From an uncultured Leptospirales bacterium (lineage in GTDB: Bacteria > Spirochaetota > UBA4802 > UBA5550), in NCBI GenBank assembly GCA_964491265.1, contig CAZBFP010000002.1:134288-198287 (forward strand): a stretch of DNA of 64,000 nucleotides, written 5' to 3'. Within the stretch, counting starts at the first letter, position 1, and the number at the start of each line of letters is the position of its first letter. Under the pieces are notes generated by a model. That model worked only from the letters and a program-made list of their open reading frames with translations, was not told where the DNA came from and searched no databases. The translations under genes were made by a program, and so were the position numbers. Shown in pieces: positions 20,521 through 29,236 of this stretch.

Positions 20521-20813
20521 TATCAGCAGTTATTATTCTTGTTGTGTAAGAATTTATTGTTATTTGAATTTTTCTTTTTAAATTACGGATGTAATAATTT
20601 TTACCGGTCTTTTCAAAATCTTCTAACTGTGTTTCTTTTATTGTCTGAAAGATATATTTCTCAATCTCTTCATTACTCATCTGAATAGAAAGTTTTTTTC
20701 TTATCCCAATACCATAAACCATCAAGGGAGCCCTTTTGCAGGAAATCAAATATCTCTTCATTGTTTGATACGAGGTTGTATAGTTCTTCCTTCAGGTAAT
20801 GCGATTCATCCAT
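20507..20813 (-). pseudogene. Degraded PAS-domain gene remnant
   Basis: Good RBS (AAGGAG) and ATG at 20813. The 47 codons MDESHYLKEELYNLVSNNEEIFDFLQKGSLDGLWYWDKKKTFYSDE match the PAS N-terminal consensus, then a TAA stop. A +1 frame continues for 60 low-complexity codons past an A7 run. Confidence 0.45.
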
Positions 20814-20897
20814 TGGCTGCTCCTTTTATGAAGAATGATTCTTGTGGAATAGAGATATTAATTTTCAACAAGTATTTAAATGGAATTGCCGGATTTT

Positions 20898-21827
20898 CTA
20901 AAAACCTAATCTGGAGCCCCGTTCGTGTATGAGACTTATGTATTTTTCTTTCATTTTTTCAGAGAGGAAACTGATCTGAATTATATCCTCCCAGGATTTC
21001 CATGAATTAAATAGGATTTCCAGTTCCCGTGAAATAATGGCTTCATTCAGATTGAGTCTTTCCTTTGCGAAATATTCGGTAAAAATTTTACCGCTTAAAT
21101 TATTTTTTTTACCCATAATTGGAAGGGCGATTTCCTCTTTCGCGTTCTTAAGGGCTATGGTTGTATTGAGCAGGTCATAGGCGGGTGACAGTTCTGTTTT
21201 TTCATCTCTGGTTATGAGTGAAAAATTTTTCAGATGCATATCCTCGTTCCCTGTAAGAAAATTGAAAAGGGTAAGCCGGAAGAGCTTGATTTTTTCAATA
21301 GCCGGGAAGGTGCAGAATCTGCTGATTATATCTGCCAGCTTCTCCATGGTATAATCATATTTAGTATCACGGCTCTCCCCGGCAAGCTGGGCAAAGTCCT
21401 CCAGGGAGTATTTTTTGTTTCTCCCGTATCTGTCGAAGCGTTTAATAAAATATGTAAATCGTCCATCCTTTGAATAGACCATGCCATTGAAGGGAACCTC
21501 TATTCCGGAAAGTGAAGCAAGCTTCATAGTCAGTGATTCATTTGCCGGGAGCTCAGGGTAAAGAGTATTTTCAGGTTTTAATATATATGTGCCCCCCTGG
21601 TCTGCCAGTTCAAACACTTTAGCGGCTCTGTTGAACCGGGCGCTCAGCTTGGGCTGTACCCCCTGGATCGACATTTTATCAGCTCTCATGGCTGCTTCAT
21701 GAACCTGCTCCTCCTGGGTGAAGGGGAGGTCGTTAAGTGTGTCCAGATTTTTTGAGAGCAGGTTAAGCCCTCCTTTTGAGTATTTCTCCTCGCCGCAGTT
21801 CTGGTATGTTATGGGGCAGATATTCAT
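20898..21827 (-). CDS. HipA-like Ser/Thr kinase toxin lacking the N-subdomain (HipT-like)
   Basis: SIQGVQPKLS nucleotide-binding loop and NEDMHLKNFSL catalytic motif (DxHxKNxS) of HipA_C. 309 aa. 4-bp overlap with the upstream HipS-like ORF. Confidence 0.8.
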   Translation of the reverse strand: MNICPITYQNCGEEKYSKGGLNLLSKNLDTLNDLPFTQEEQVHEAAMRADKMSIQGVQPKLSARFNRAAKVFELADQGGTYILKPENTLYPELPANESLTMKLASLSGIEVPFNGMVYSKDGRFTYFIKRFDRYGRNKKYSLEDFAQLAGESRDTKYDYTMEKLADIISRFCTFPAIEKIKLFRLTLFNFLTGNEDMHLKNFSLITRDEKTELSPAYDLLNTTIALKNAKEEIALPIMGKKNNLSGKIFTEYFAKERLNLNEAIISRELEILFNSWKSWEDIIQISFLSEKMKEKYISLIHERGSRLGF

Positions 21828-22138
21828 TCAGCACCCCTTATTGTAACAGAACCGACAAGGTCGCTCCCTGTGAGAAGAAGTATTGAAAAATAGTCATTGC
21901 GGTCAATTTTGGATTTACGCAGAAGAGCCTCAAGCTGAACACCTTCAGGGAGGAGCCCTTCAAAAAAGGGGGGGAACCTGTCAAATTCGTATTCCTTCCG
22001 GGAAAGGGGGAGGGTAAGTGAAACCGGGGGGCCTGTATATTCATCTGCATAATTAAATGAGTATTTTTTCCCCTGCTCATATTCAATAAGATCGCCGGCA
22101 TAGATAGCAAAGTTAAAAACCTCAGCTTTACGCATCAT
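21824..22138 (-). CDS. HipA N-terminal subdomain protein (HipS-like)
   Basis: 104 aa matching the HipA_N coupling domain, with PVSLTLPL and PFFEGLLPEG motifs. Encoded as a separate ORF between the HTH gene and the kinase gene, as in HipBST. Confidence 0.75.
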   Translation of the reverse strand: MMRKAEVFNFAIYAGDLIEYEQGKKYSFNYADEYTGPPVSLTLPLSRKEYEFDRFPPFFEGLLPEGVQLEALLRKSKIDRNDYFSILLLTGSDLVGSVTIRGAE

Positions 22139-22358
22139 TATTCTCCATGAGCTTTATTAAAGGGTTCTTAAGCTCAACTTTTATGTTTAAAACTGATAAT
22201 ATTTTAAGAATGGAATTAATCTGAACCGTCTCTTTCCCTTTTTCTACGTCAAAGACAACAGTTTTCCCCACACCGGCCATGAGAGCTAATTCCTTTTGAG
22301 TGAGGCCGCTCTTTTTTCTGTGAAAGCGTACTGTTTCTCCAATTTCTGATGGTGTCAT
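22128..22358 (-). CDS. XRE-family HTH protein (HipB-like)
   Basis: 76 aa with helix-turn-helix LTQKELALMAGVGKTVVFDVEKG. First gene of the three-gene operon. Confidence 0.75.
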   Translation of the reverse strand: MTPSEIGETVRFHRKKSGLTQKELALMAGVGKTVVFDVEKGKETVQINSILKILSVLNIKVELKNPLIKLMENNDA

Positions 22359-22430
22359 ATTTCCTGCTGTAACAGTAAAAATTAATGATTTTATATATAA
22401 TGCATCATCAGGAGTATAAAGTCAATTAAA

Positions 22431-22522
22431 TTTACTGCTTTGGCAGTAAATTTTGTGTAAAAAGAATCAATTTTAACATATTTCAGATGAATTCAGTCTA
22501 TTTTACTGCTATAGCGGTAAAA
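22431..22522. promoter_or_regulatory. Two operator-like palindromes upstream of the hipB-like gene
   Basis: Seen directly. TTTACTGCTTTGGCAGTAAA at 22431-22450 is perfect. TTTTACTGCTATAGCGGTAAAA at 22501-22522 has one mismatch. Their centres are 71 bp apart. Confidence 0.55.
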
Positions 22523-22653
22523 TATTTAGTTTTTAATTATTCTTTTGGATTACTGAAGGTAATTAATCTGGCTATTCAAAATCAGCAGCAGTTGAGATTT
22601 GAACTAATTATTCTTGACTATAGAAATAGAAATAATTATATTAATTATATGAG

Positions 22654-22884
22654 GTGGAACTTATGGAATATGTGTTCAAGGTCATTGTTGAAGAATGCGA
22701 AGAGGGCGGCTTTTATGCAGAATGTCCAACCTTCCAGGGATGCCACGCTGAGGCAGATTCTTATGAAGAAGTAATGTCGGAAATAAAGGCATTGGTTGCC
22801 GGTTTTGTAGATGAATATAAAAAAAATAATGAACCACTCCCTGTTGACAACTATTCGGTAGCAACAGTTAGAATTGCAGTATGA
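22654..22884 (+). CDS. HicB-like antitoxin family protein (UPF0150), solo
   Basis: 76 aa, YVFKVIVEECEEGGFYAECPTFQGCHAEADSYEEVMSEIKALV matches the HicB/UPF0150 N-domain. No adjacent HicA ORF. Confidence 0.65.
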   Translation: MELMEYVFKVIVEECEEGGFYAECPTFQGCHAEADSYEEVMSEIKALVAGFVDEYKKNNEPLPVDNYSVATVRIAV

Positions 22885-22933
22885 CATCCCAGTTTCCTGA
22901 TTTAAATTCGAAACAGCTTTCAAAATTAATAAA

Positions 22934-23602
22934 ATGATAACCCTAATTAATAAAGCATCGAACCTATACCGATACAATTATATTTTTTACCCTCTTTTGA
23001 AAAAAATAAGATCTATTATTTATTTATTCAGTCTAATAACTGAGAGCAGATTCTCCGGGGATGATGAATCCCTGATTGCTCTGTTTTTAGGCGGCGACAG
23101 GCGAGCCTTTGATGCACTTGTAATGAGGCATATGGATATGGTTTTTAATCTCTGTTATAATATTACAGGCGATTATGATGAGGCGAATGACTCTGCCCAG
23201 GATGTTTTTATTAGTGTTTATAAGAATCTGGGTAAATTCGAAGGGAGGTCGGCTTTTTCCACCTGGCTTTATAGAATCGCGGTTAATACATGCAGAAACA
23301 GGCTTTCATCTGCATATAAAAAACGGACAGTCAATATTGGCGATAATGAAGGATTTCTGCAGGCAGGTTCCGGAGGTAATCCGGCTGATATTTTTGAGAT
23401 GGAGGAGGGTGAGAGAGCTGTAAGGGACGGGATTGCCCTGCTGCCGGAGGAGGAGAGGATTCTGATTATTCTCCGGGATATTGAGGGGCGGAGTTACCAA
23501 GAGATTGCGGGGATTACAGATTTGAAAGAGGGGACTGTAAAGTCCAGAATATCCAGAGGGCGGCACAGGCTCAGGGAATACCTGAAGGGGGTGATGTTAT
23601 GA
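22934..23602 (+). CDS. ECF-type RNA polymerase sigma factor
   Basis: Sigma-70 region 2 (DSAQDVFISVYKNLGKFEGRSAFSTWLYRIAVN) and region 4 (ILRDIEGRSYQEIAG). The true start is probably downstream of 22934. Confidence 0.75.
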   Translation: MITLINKASNLYRYNYIFYPLLKKIRSIIYLFSLITESRFSGDDESLIALFLGGDRRAFDALVMRHMDMVFNLCYNITGDYDEANDSAQDVFISVYKNLGKFEGRSAFSTWLYRIAVNTCRNRLSSAYKKRTVNIGDNEGFLQAGSGGNPADIFEMEEGERAVRDGIALLPEEERILIILRDIEGRSYQEIAGITDLKEGTVKSRISRGRHRLREYLKGVML

Positions 23603-24522
23603 ATTGCAAAGATTCGCGGGAAATGATTGAAGCATATATTGATAACGGCATAGACCCTCTTGAGGATAAGGTTCTTGCTGAGCATATCAGCTCCTGTGAA
23701 GAATGCCGCGGCGAGCTTGAGATTTTTTTGAAATACAGTGATTCAATTAAGTCGCTTAAGCCGGTTAAAGCGCCTGATAATTTTATCCTTAATCTTAACA
23801 GAAGAATAGAGAGTGAAACCGGCGGCCTCTCAATCGTGGAACGGGGGATCGATTTTATTCTTATGATTCCCAGGATGCGCTTTTCAATGGAAGCTGCGGG
23901 AATGGCTGCTCTTGTTCTTATATTGCTTATTGTTTACAAGCCTTTCACTGTTGTGGAGAAAAAATATTCTGAACTTGAGGTTTCTGTTTCCACTTCTGAG
24001 GCTCAGAAAGAGGGGATGAAGCAGGATCAGCCGGCTCAGTTTAAACCGGATGAAAGGGGACCGGGAGTATCTGCTAAAAAGAGTGAAAAGTATATTCTAT
24101 CTTCTTCAGATCAGGAAAAGGACACAGGCGGGCCAGCAGGCGCTGCAAAGGTAGAGGAGCAGATAGATGAGCAGAGGAGTGAGGCGGATACCTTACAGCA
24201 GAGAGGTGAGGAGAGGTTGAGTATCTCCGGCGCTTCTGATACGGCGAAAATGGAAAGGTCTGAATCTGCAGTGAACAGGTCTAAAAGCGTTTATGCGGAT
24301 ATACGTCAGGATAGCCCTGAGGATCTTTTCGCCAAACACAAAGCTGCGGTGATTAAAAAGGAGAGGCTGGAGGATGATAAAACCGGATATATTTTGCGGA
24401 TTTCATCTGACAGGTATCCCCTTCTTTTAAAAGAACTGGAAGTTAATTATGATGTTGAAGAGATTAGTATTTCCCGTGAAAATGGCGTGACTACTGCTGA
24501 ACTGCTGATTGGAAAAAAATAA
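23599..24522 (+). CDS. Anti-sigma factor, zf-HC2 type, single-pass membrane
   Basis: ATGA overlap with the sigma factor gene. HISSCEECRGEL zinc motif, one TM (AAGMAALVLILLIVY), charged extracytoplasmic tail. Confidence 0.7.
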   Translation: MNCKDSREMIEAYIDNGIDPLEDKVLAEHISSCEECRGELEIFLKYSDSIKSLKPVKAPDNFILNLNRRIESETGGLSIVERGIDFILMIPRMRFSMEAAGMAALVLILLIVYKPFTVVEKKYSELEVSVSTSEAQKEGMKQDQPAQFKPDERGPGVSAKKSEKYILSSSDQEKDTGGPAGAAKVEEQIDEQRSEADTLQQRGEERLSISGASDTAKMERSESAVNRSKSVYADIRQDSPEDLFAKHKAAVIKKERLEDDKTGYILRISSDRYPLLLKELEVNYDVEEISISRENGVTTAELLIGKK

Positions 24523-24590
24523 ATTCTGCAAAAAAAATGAGAACTTAAATCCTTCTGTTTCTGTCAAAAGAGAAAAACAGGAGGATCCCT

Positions 24591-25712
24591 ATGAAAAAGA
24601 AAATTTCAGTAATTGTTTTATCCTTTTTACTTGCAGGAACTGTTTCAGCTTATTCAAACCGGTCCCGGGTAATGGTTCCGAAAATTCAGCTGGCCATACT
24701 TCTTGATACAAGCAGCAGCATGGACGGTCTTATTAATCAGGCAAAGTCGCAGCTCTGGAAGATTGTGAATGAAATGGCCCTTGCCAAAAAAGGGGGGTTA
24801 AGGCCAGAGCTTGAGGTTGCCATCTATGAATATGGGAACAATAATATCCCCGCAGGGGAAGGTTATATACGCATGGTGCTCCCCTTTACCGGAGATCTGG
24901 ACAGTATATCATCAGCGCTTTTTAATCTTACCACTAACGGGGGGGACGAATACTGCGGTCTGGTTATAGGTTCAGCGGTGCGCAACCTCACCTGGGACGG
25001 GTATGAGGATAACCTCAAAATTATTTTTATTGCCGGGAATGAGCCCTTTAATCAGGGTGAGGCAGGTTATGTCAATGCTGTGAAACAGGCTGTTTCCAGG
25101 GGTATTATTGTCAACACAATATATTGCGGTGATAGAAGAACCGGGATTAATACCTTCTGGAAGCATGGCGCTGATCTTGCCGGCGGGAGATATATGAATA
25201 TTGATCAGGATATAATCCCTGTAACAATAATGGCTCCCCAGGATGCAGAGATAGCCCGGCTTGGCCATGAGCTGAATAAAACCTATCTTGCCTACGGGAA
25301 AAGCGGGGCTGCTAAAAGAAAAGAGCAGGAGAAGCAGGACAGTAATGCCATGGCAATGTCTGAAGAGGTGGCAGTGGAGAGGTCTGTTTCAAAGGCTTCG
25401 GGGCATTACAGCAATTCAGGGTGGGATCTTGTTGACGCTGTTTCCGACGGAGCTGTTAAGATTGGCGAGCTTGAGGATGAAGAACTCCCCGGGGAAATGA
25501 AAAAGATGAGTAAAGCTGAACGTGAGAAGTATATAAAAGATATGACCAGGAAGAGAGAGGAGATAAAGGAGAAAATAAACAGGCTCAATGTTGAGAGAAG
25601 AGTTTATGTTGAAAAGAAAATTAAAGAAGCCGGGTCGGAGAATACCCTCGATGCTGCAGTTATCGGGGCTGTAAGGGAATCGGCAAAGAAGAAGGGTTTT
25701 ACCTTTAAGTAG
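24591..25712 (+). CDS. Secreted von Willebrand factor type A (VWA) domain protein
   Basis: Signal peptide, MIDAS motif LLDTSSSMDG, C-terminal charged coiled region. Confidence 0.7.
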   Translation: MKKKISVIVLSFLLAGTVSAYSNRSRVMVPKIQLAILLDTSSSMDGLINQAKSQLWKIVNEMALAKKGGLRPELEVAIYEYGNNNIPAGEGYIRMVLPFTGDLDSISSALFNLTTNGGDEYCGLVIGSAVRNLTWDGYEDNLKIIFIAGNEPFNQGEAGYVNAVKQAVSRGIIVNTIYCGDRRTGINTFWKHGADLAGGRYMNIDQDIIPVTIMAPQDAEIARLGHELNKTYLAYGKSGAAKRKEQEKQDSNAMAMSEEVAVERSVSKASGHYSNSGWDLVDAVSDGAVKIGELEDEELPGEMKKMSKAEREKYIKDMTRKREEIKEKINRLNVERRVYVEKKIKEAGSENTLDAAVIGAVRESAKKKGFTFK

Positions 25713-25733
25713 AGTTAATCTTAAGTTTTTCAG

Positions 25734-25766
25734 AAGGTGCCTGATTAAACAGCCAGGCACCTTTTC
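25734..25766 (+). terminator. Rho-independent terminator after the VWA gene
   Basis: GGTGCCTG-attaaacagc-CAGGCACC followed by TTTT. Confidence 0.65.
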
Positions 25767-25806
25767 TGCAGATTGTGAATTATTCCATGGTCTTGAAATT
25801 GAAAAA

Positions 25807-26196
25807 CTATATCCCCCTGGCAATAGCGCGGAAGAATTCAATACTTTCAAGCTCCATTTCACTGCCGTCTGCATTGTAGTCAGGGTAGGTTGATGTTTTA
25901 ACTATAACAATATTGTACCGCGGATATATATAAATGGCCTGCCCGTAAATCCCTATTCCCATAAATTCCCCGTCCGGGTTTTCCGGTATCCACCACTGGA
26001 ATCCGTATCCCAGCACCCATCCCGATGCAGGGTTTTTTCCCGGCATAAGGTGTGGAGCATCGGGTGTTATTGAATCCTTCACCCATTTTTCCGGTACTAT
26101 CTGTTTATTCCCCCATCTCCCCTTGTTGAGGTATAGCCGACCGAACCTGGCATAGTCGCGGAGCACTGCATTGAATCCTCCAAAGGCTGTTTCCAT
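25807..26196 (-). pseudogene. Serine hydrolase / beta-lactamase-family gene remnant (C-terminal about 130 aa only)
   Basis: Matches only the C-terminal third of class-C beta-lactamase-like proteins (ARFGRLYLNKGRW, GYGFQWW, GQAIYIYP). The 5' part is absent, and the next upstream gene is unrelated. Confidence 0.55.
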
Positions 26197-26222
26197 CCCT
26201 GAGACTATCAGGGTCTCCTGAA

Positions 26223-26690
26223 TTATTCAGGAGTTCCTGTTTCACTGCTTATAAGAATCATACCCAGGCCAATGACTGTGCCTGCCAGTCCCAGAAGGAA
26301 TATAATTACCGCCCATGTGAGGGAATTTCTTTTAAGGTAGGCCTCAACCGGGTTTGCCGGATTGTAATATGCAGGCATCACACCTGCCAGGTTCTCCATA
26401 AACTTTTCCGCTGAGGATTTATTCAGAACCTCTGTAACAGGCCATATTTTTTCTCCGGTATACTCTTTCCCTCTTACACTGTATGTGTAGATCACTTTAA
26501 CTTCCCAGCGGGCGCTTGGCGTAGGCCCCACAGGGATTTTTGTTTTAACCACACTTTTTTCCTGGATAAGGGCAGTTGTCTGGGGCCATCTTAATAAACG
26601 CAGATTCTTTATCCCCATTGACATACTGAAAAATAAAGCGAAGAGGGATATTATCAGGATAAAAGCACCGGTAATCATAATTTTAGTCAC
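26223..26690 (-). CDS. DUF3592-family membrane protein
   Basis: N- and C-terminal TM segments flanking a VKVIYTYSVRGKEYTG and YYNPANP pattern typical of DUF3592. Confidence 0.55.
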   Translation of the reverse strand: MTKIMITGAFILIISLFALFFSMSMGIKNLRLLRWPQTTALIQEKSVVKTKIPVGPTPSARWEVKVIYTYSVRGKEYTGEKIWPVTEVLNKSSAEKFMENLAGVMPAYYNPANPVEAYLKRNSLTWAVIIFLLGLAGTVIGLGMILISSETGTPE

Positions 26691-26714
26691 TCCTCGCTTA
26701 TTCTCCGATTATTT

Positions 26715-27953
26715 TTATTCCGGATTATTTTTTACCGCCCTGGCCATTTCCTCCCCTATTTTCAGAAGCACGGAAAACTCTGTCTCCTTAGGGGAACAGG
26801 TGGCTTCAACAGAGGGACCGATTTTTTCCCATTTGACCCTTTCAGCAAATGCATTAAGATTATTCACACCGCCGCCGCTCCATGACTTACACCCGAAAAT
26901 GCTGAGGAATCTGTTTTTAAGACCGCTGTGCTCAATCTTGTTAATTACAGATTCCATTGGGGGGAAGAGGTGAGTATTGTAGGCGCAGGAACCAAGTATT
27001 ACACCTTTGAAGCGCCAGATATCGCTGATTATATATGAAAGGTGAGTCTTTGATGCGTCATAGACCCTGATATTTTTAATTCCGTTTTGGGAGATTACAC
27101 GTGCAAGGTAGTCAGCCATTTTTGCGGTATTCCCATACATTGTTCCGTAGACAATTACCACCCCTTCTTCAGCTTCGTACCTGCTCCACCTGTCGTAATA
27201 ATCGATAATGATCTGAGGATTGCTTCGCCAGATTGGACCATGGGTACTCAGTATAGTTTTAATTTCTATGTCAGAGAGACGTTTCAGGGCTTTCTGAACT
27301 ATGACAGAATAGTTCGAGACTATATTGGAATAGTATCTTCTGATTTCATCTTCATATACTTCTATATTTACTTCATCATCAAAGATGCCGCCGTCAAGTG
27401 AACCGAAGCCTCCAAAGGCATCCATGGAGAAGAGCATTTTATCGGTTTTATCGTAGGTCATCATTGTTTCAGGCCAGTGGATCATGGGGGTAATGAAGAA
27501 TGTGAGCTTATGATAACCCAGGTCAAGTTCATCCCCCTCTTTGATTTCGTACCAGTTCTCTGTTATGCCGTAAAAGTTATTTATAAACTCAAAGGTTTTT
27601 TTGTTCCCTACAATTTTAATGTCAGGGTAGGCTGCTATGACAGCATGCATGGAGCCTGAATGGTCCGGTTCCATATGATTTACAACAAGGTAGTCTATTT
27701 TTTTATCACCGATTATCTCTCTTATTTTTGAAAGGAACTGATCTGTTTTGTTGAATTTAACAGTGTCTATAAGGGCGATTTTTTCATCATTGATAAGATA
27801 TGAGTTATAGGCTACACCTTTATCCAGGGGCCAGAAGTTCTCGAAAAGCGTGGTCTCTCTGTCATTAACTCCAATCCAGTGAACTCTATCTGTAACAGGT
27901 ACTCTGCAGTCCATAATTTTCCTCTCAATTATTTTTAAGTATATTAAAGTCAA
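26715..27953 (-). CDS. FprA-family flavodiiron protein (O2/NO reductase)
   Basis: Metallo-beta-lactamase-like domain with HMEPDHSG di-iron motif plus a C-terminal flavodoxin domain. 412 aa. Confidence 0.85.
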   Translation of the reverse strand: MTLIYLKIIERKIMDCRVPVTDRVHWIGVNDRETTLFENFWPLDKGVAYNSYLINDEKIALIDTVKFNKTDQFLSKIREIIGDKKIDYLVVNHMEPDHSGSMHAVIAAYPDIKIVGNKKTFEFINNFYGITENWYEIKEGDELDLGYHKLTFFITPMIHWPETMMTYDKTDKMLFSMDAFGGFGSLDGGIFDDEVNIEVYEDEIRRYYSNIVSNYSVIVQKALKRLSDIEIKTILSTHGPIWRSNPQIIIDYYDRWSRYEAEEGVVIVYGTMYGNTAKMADYLARVISQNGIKNIRVYDASKTHLSYIISDIWRFKGVILGSCAYNTHLFPPMESVINKIEHSGLKNRFLSIFGCKSWSGGGVNNLNAFAERVKWEKIGPSVEATCSPKETEFSVLLKIGEEMARAVKNNPE

Positions 27954-28090
27954 TTATAAGGATTCAGCGGAGCGATTTCAACAATAAAAAGGGGTCGGTA
28001 TAAATTAAGTAATAACAGAAAAAAATACGCGGGCAGCTTTTGCAGCAGCCCGCGCTTTTAATTGGGGGAAACTATCTGAGGAATAGCCGA

Positions 28091-29057
28091 TTATTTTTCC
28101 TCAGGATATAATGAATCGATAATGTTATTGTAATTCTGATTAATTACTTTTCTTTTCAGCTTGGAAGTAGGTGTTAGCTCACCCGACTCCTGGGTAAGTT
28201 CAACAGGAAGAAGTTTGAAGCTCTTTACTTTTTCCACCTGCCCCAGATCTTTTGTAGCCGCGTCAATCCTGTCCCTGTAAAAGCTGATTATTTCAGGATG
28301 ATTAACCAGGTCCTCTCTGCTGTTGTATGATATCCCTTTCTCTGCAGCGTACTGCATGAGAAGCTCAAATGAGGGCACAATCAGCGCGGAAATATATTTT
28401 TTACCATCTCCAATAGCAACAGCCTGGTCAACATAGATGTCTTCTTTAATGCTGGTTTCTATGAGGAGCGGGGAGATGTTTTTCCCCCCTGCTGTAATTA
28501 TCAGTTCCTTGATCCTGTCAGTTATTTTTATGTAGCCTTCAGGTGTAATTTCGCCAATGTCGCCCGACTTAATCCATCCGTCAGATGTAAACATAGCCTT
28601 AGTGGCTTCCTCTTTTTTCCAGTAACCGGGCATCTGTGCCGGGCTTGTCATCTGCAGTTCCCCTTCCTCAGAAACACGAACCTTCATCAATGGTACAGGC
28701 CTTCCGCTTGTACCGAATCCGATATCTTCCGGTGTACATACGCACACAACAAATATTTCTGTCATTCCATATCCCAGACCCATGTTAAGGCCCGCATTGT
28801 AGAAAAAGCGGTTGATCTCCGAATTAAATGGCGCCCCTCCAACATGGAAAAATCTGCATCTTCCACCCACAGCACCCTGTACTTTGTTGAGTACCAGTTT
28901 TTTCGCCAGGGCATGTTTGATTTTTAGACCTACGGGGATAGGCTTTTTTTTATGATAAAGGGGGTAGTATTTTGATCCTATATTAAGCGCCCAGCCGAAA
29001 AGCTTCTGCTTTGCAGGGGGGGCGGATTCTTCTCCAGGTATTCCTGATACTCTCTTT
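28091..29057 (-). pseudogene. Long-chain acyl-CoA synthetase remnant (C-terminal half only)
   Basis: The reading frame extends upstream of the annotated GTG through FGWALNIGSKYY to an in-frame TGA at about 29058. The content matches residues about 330 to the end of AMP-dependent synthetases (GYGMTE, ITDRIKELIITAGGKNISP). The adenylation N-domain is absent. Confidence 0.6.
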
Positions 29058-29236
29058 CATAGTTTACCGACATGTCTGCCTCCAGAGTTCTATATATTTA
29101 ATTATATCATTTATATATCATAAATATATATGCATGTCTACAGAGCTTATAAATCGGTGATTTTTCTAATTGACGGATTTATAAATCAGTAGTTTTTTAC
29201 ATGTACGGGAAAATTAAATAAATCAGGGAGCGTGGA

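Noticed and set aside
22487-22774. 95-aa plus-strand ORF upstream of and overlapping the HicB-like gene, as a candidate HicA partner
   Set aside because: It has no resemblance to HicA, is low-complexity and AT-rich, and overlaps the hicB-like frame. Treated as spurious, with the HicB-like gene solo.
29060-29236. Whether the truncated acyl-CoA synthetase could be a selenoprotein read through its upstream TGA
   Set aside because: Upstream of the TGA the frame is AT-rich promoter-like sequence with a TAG 10 codons further on and no homology. It is a true truncation.
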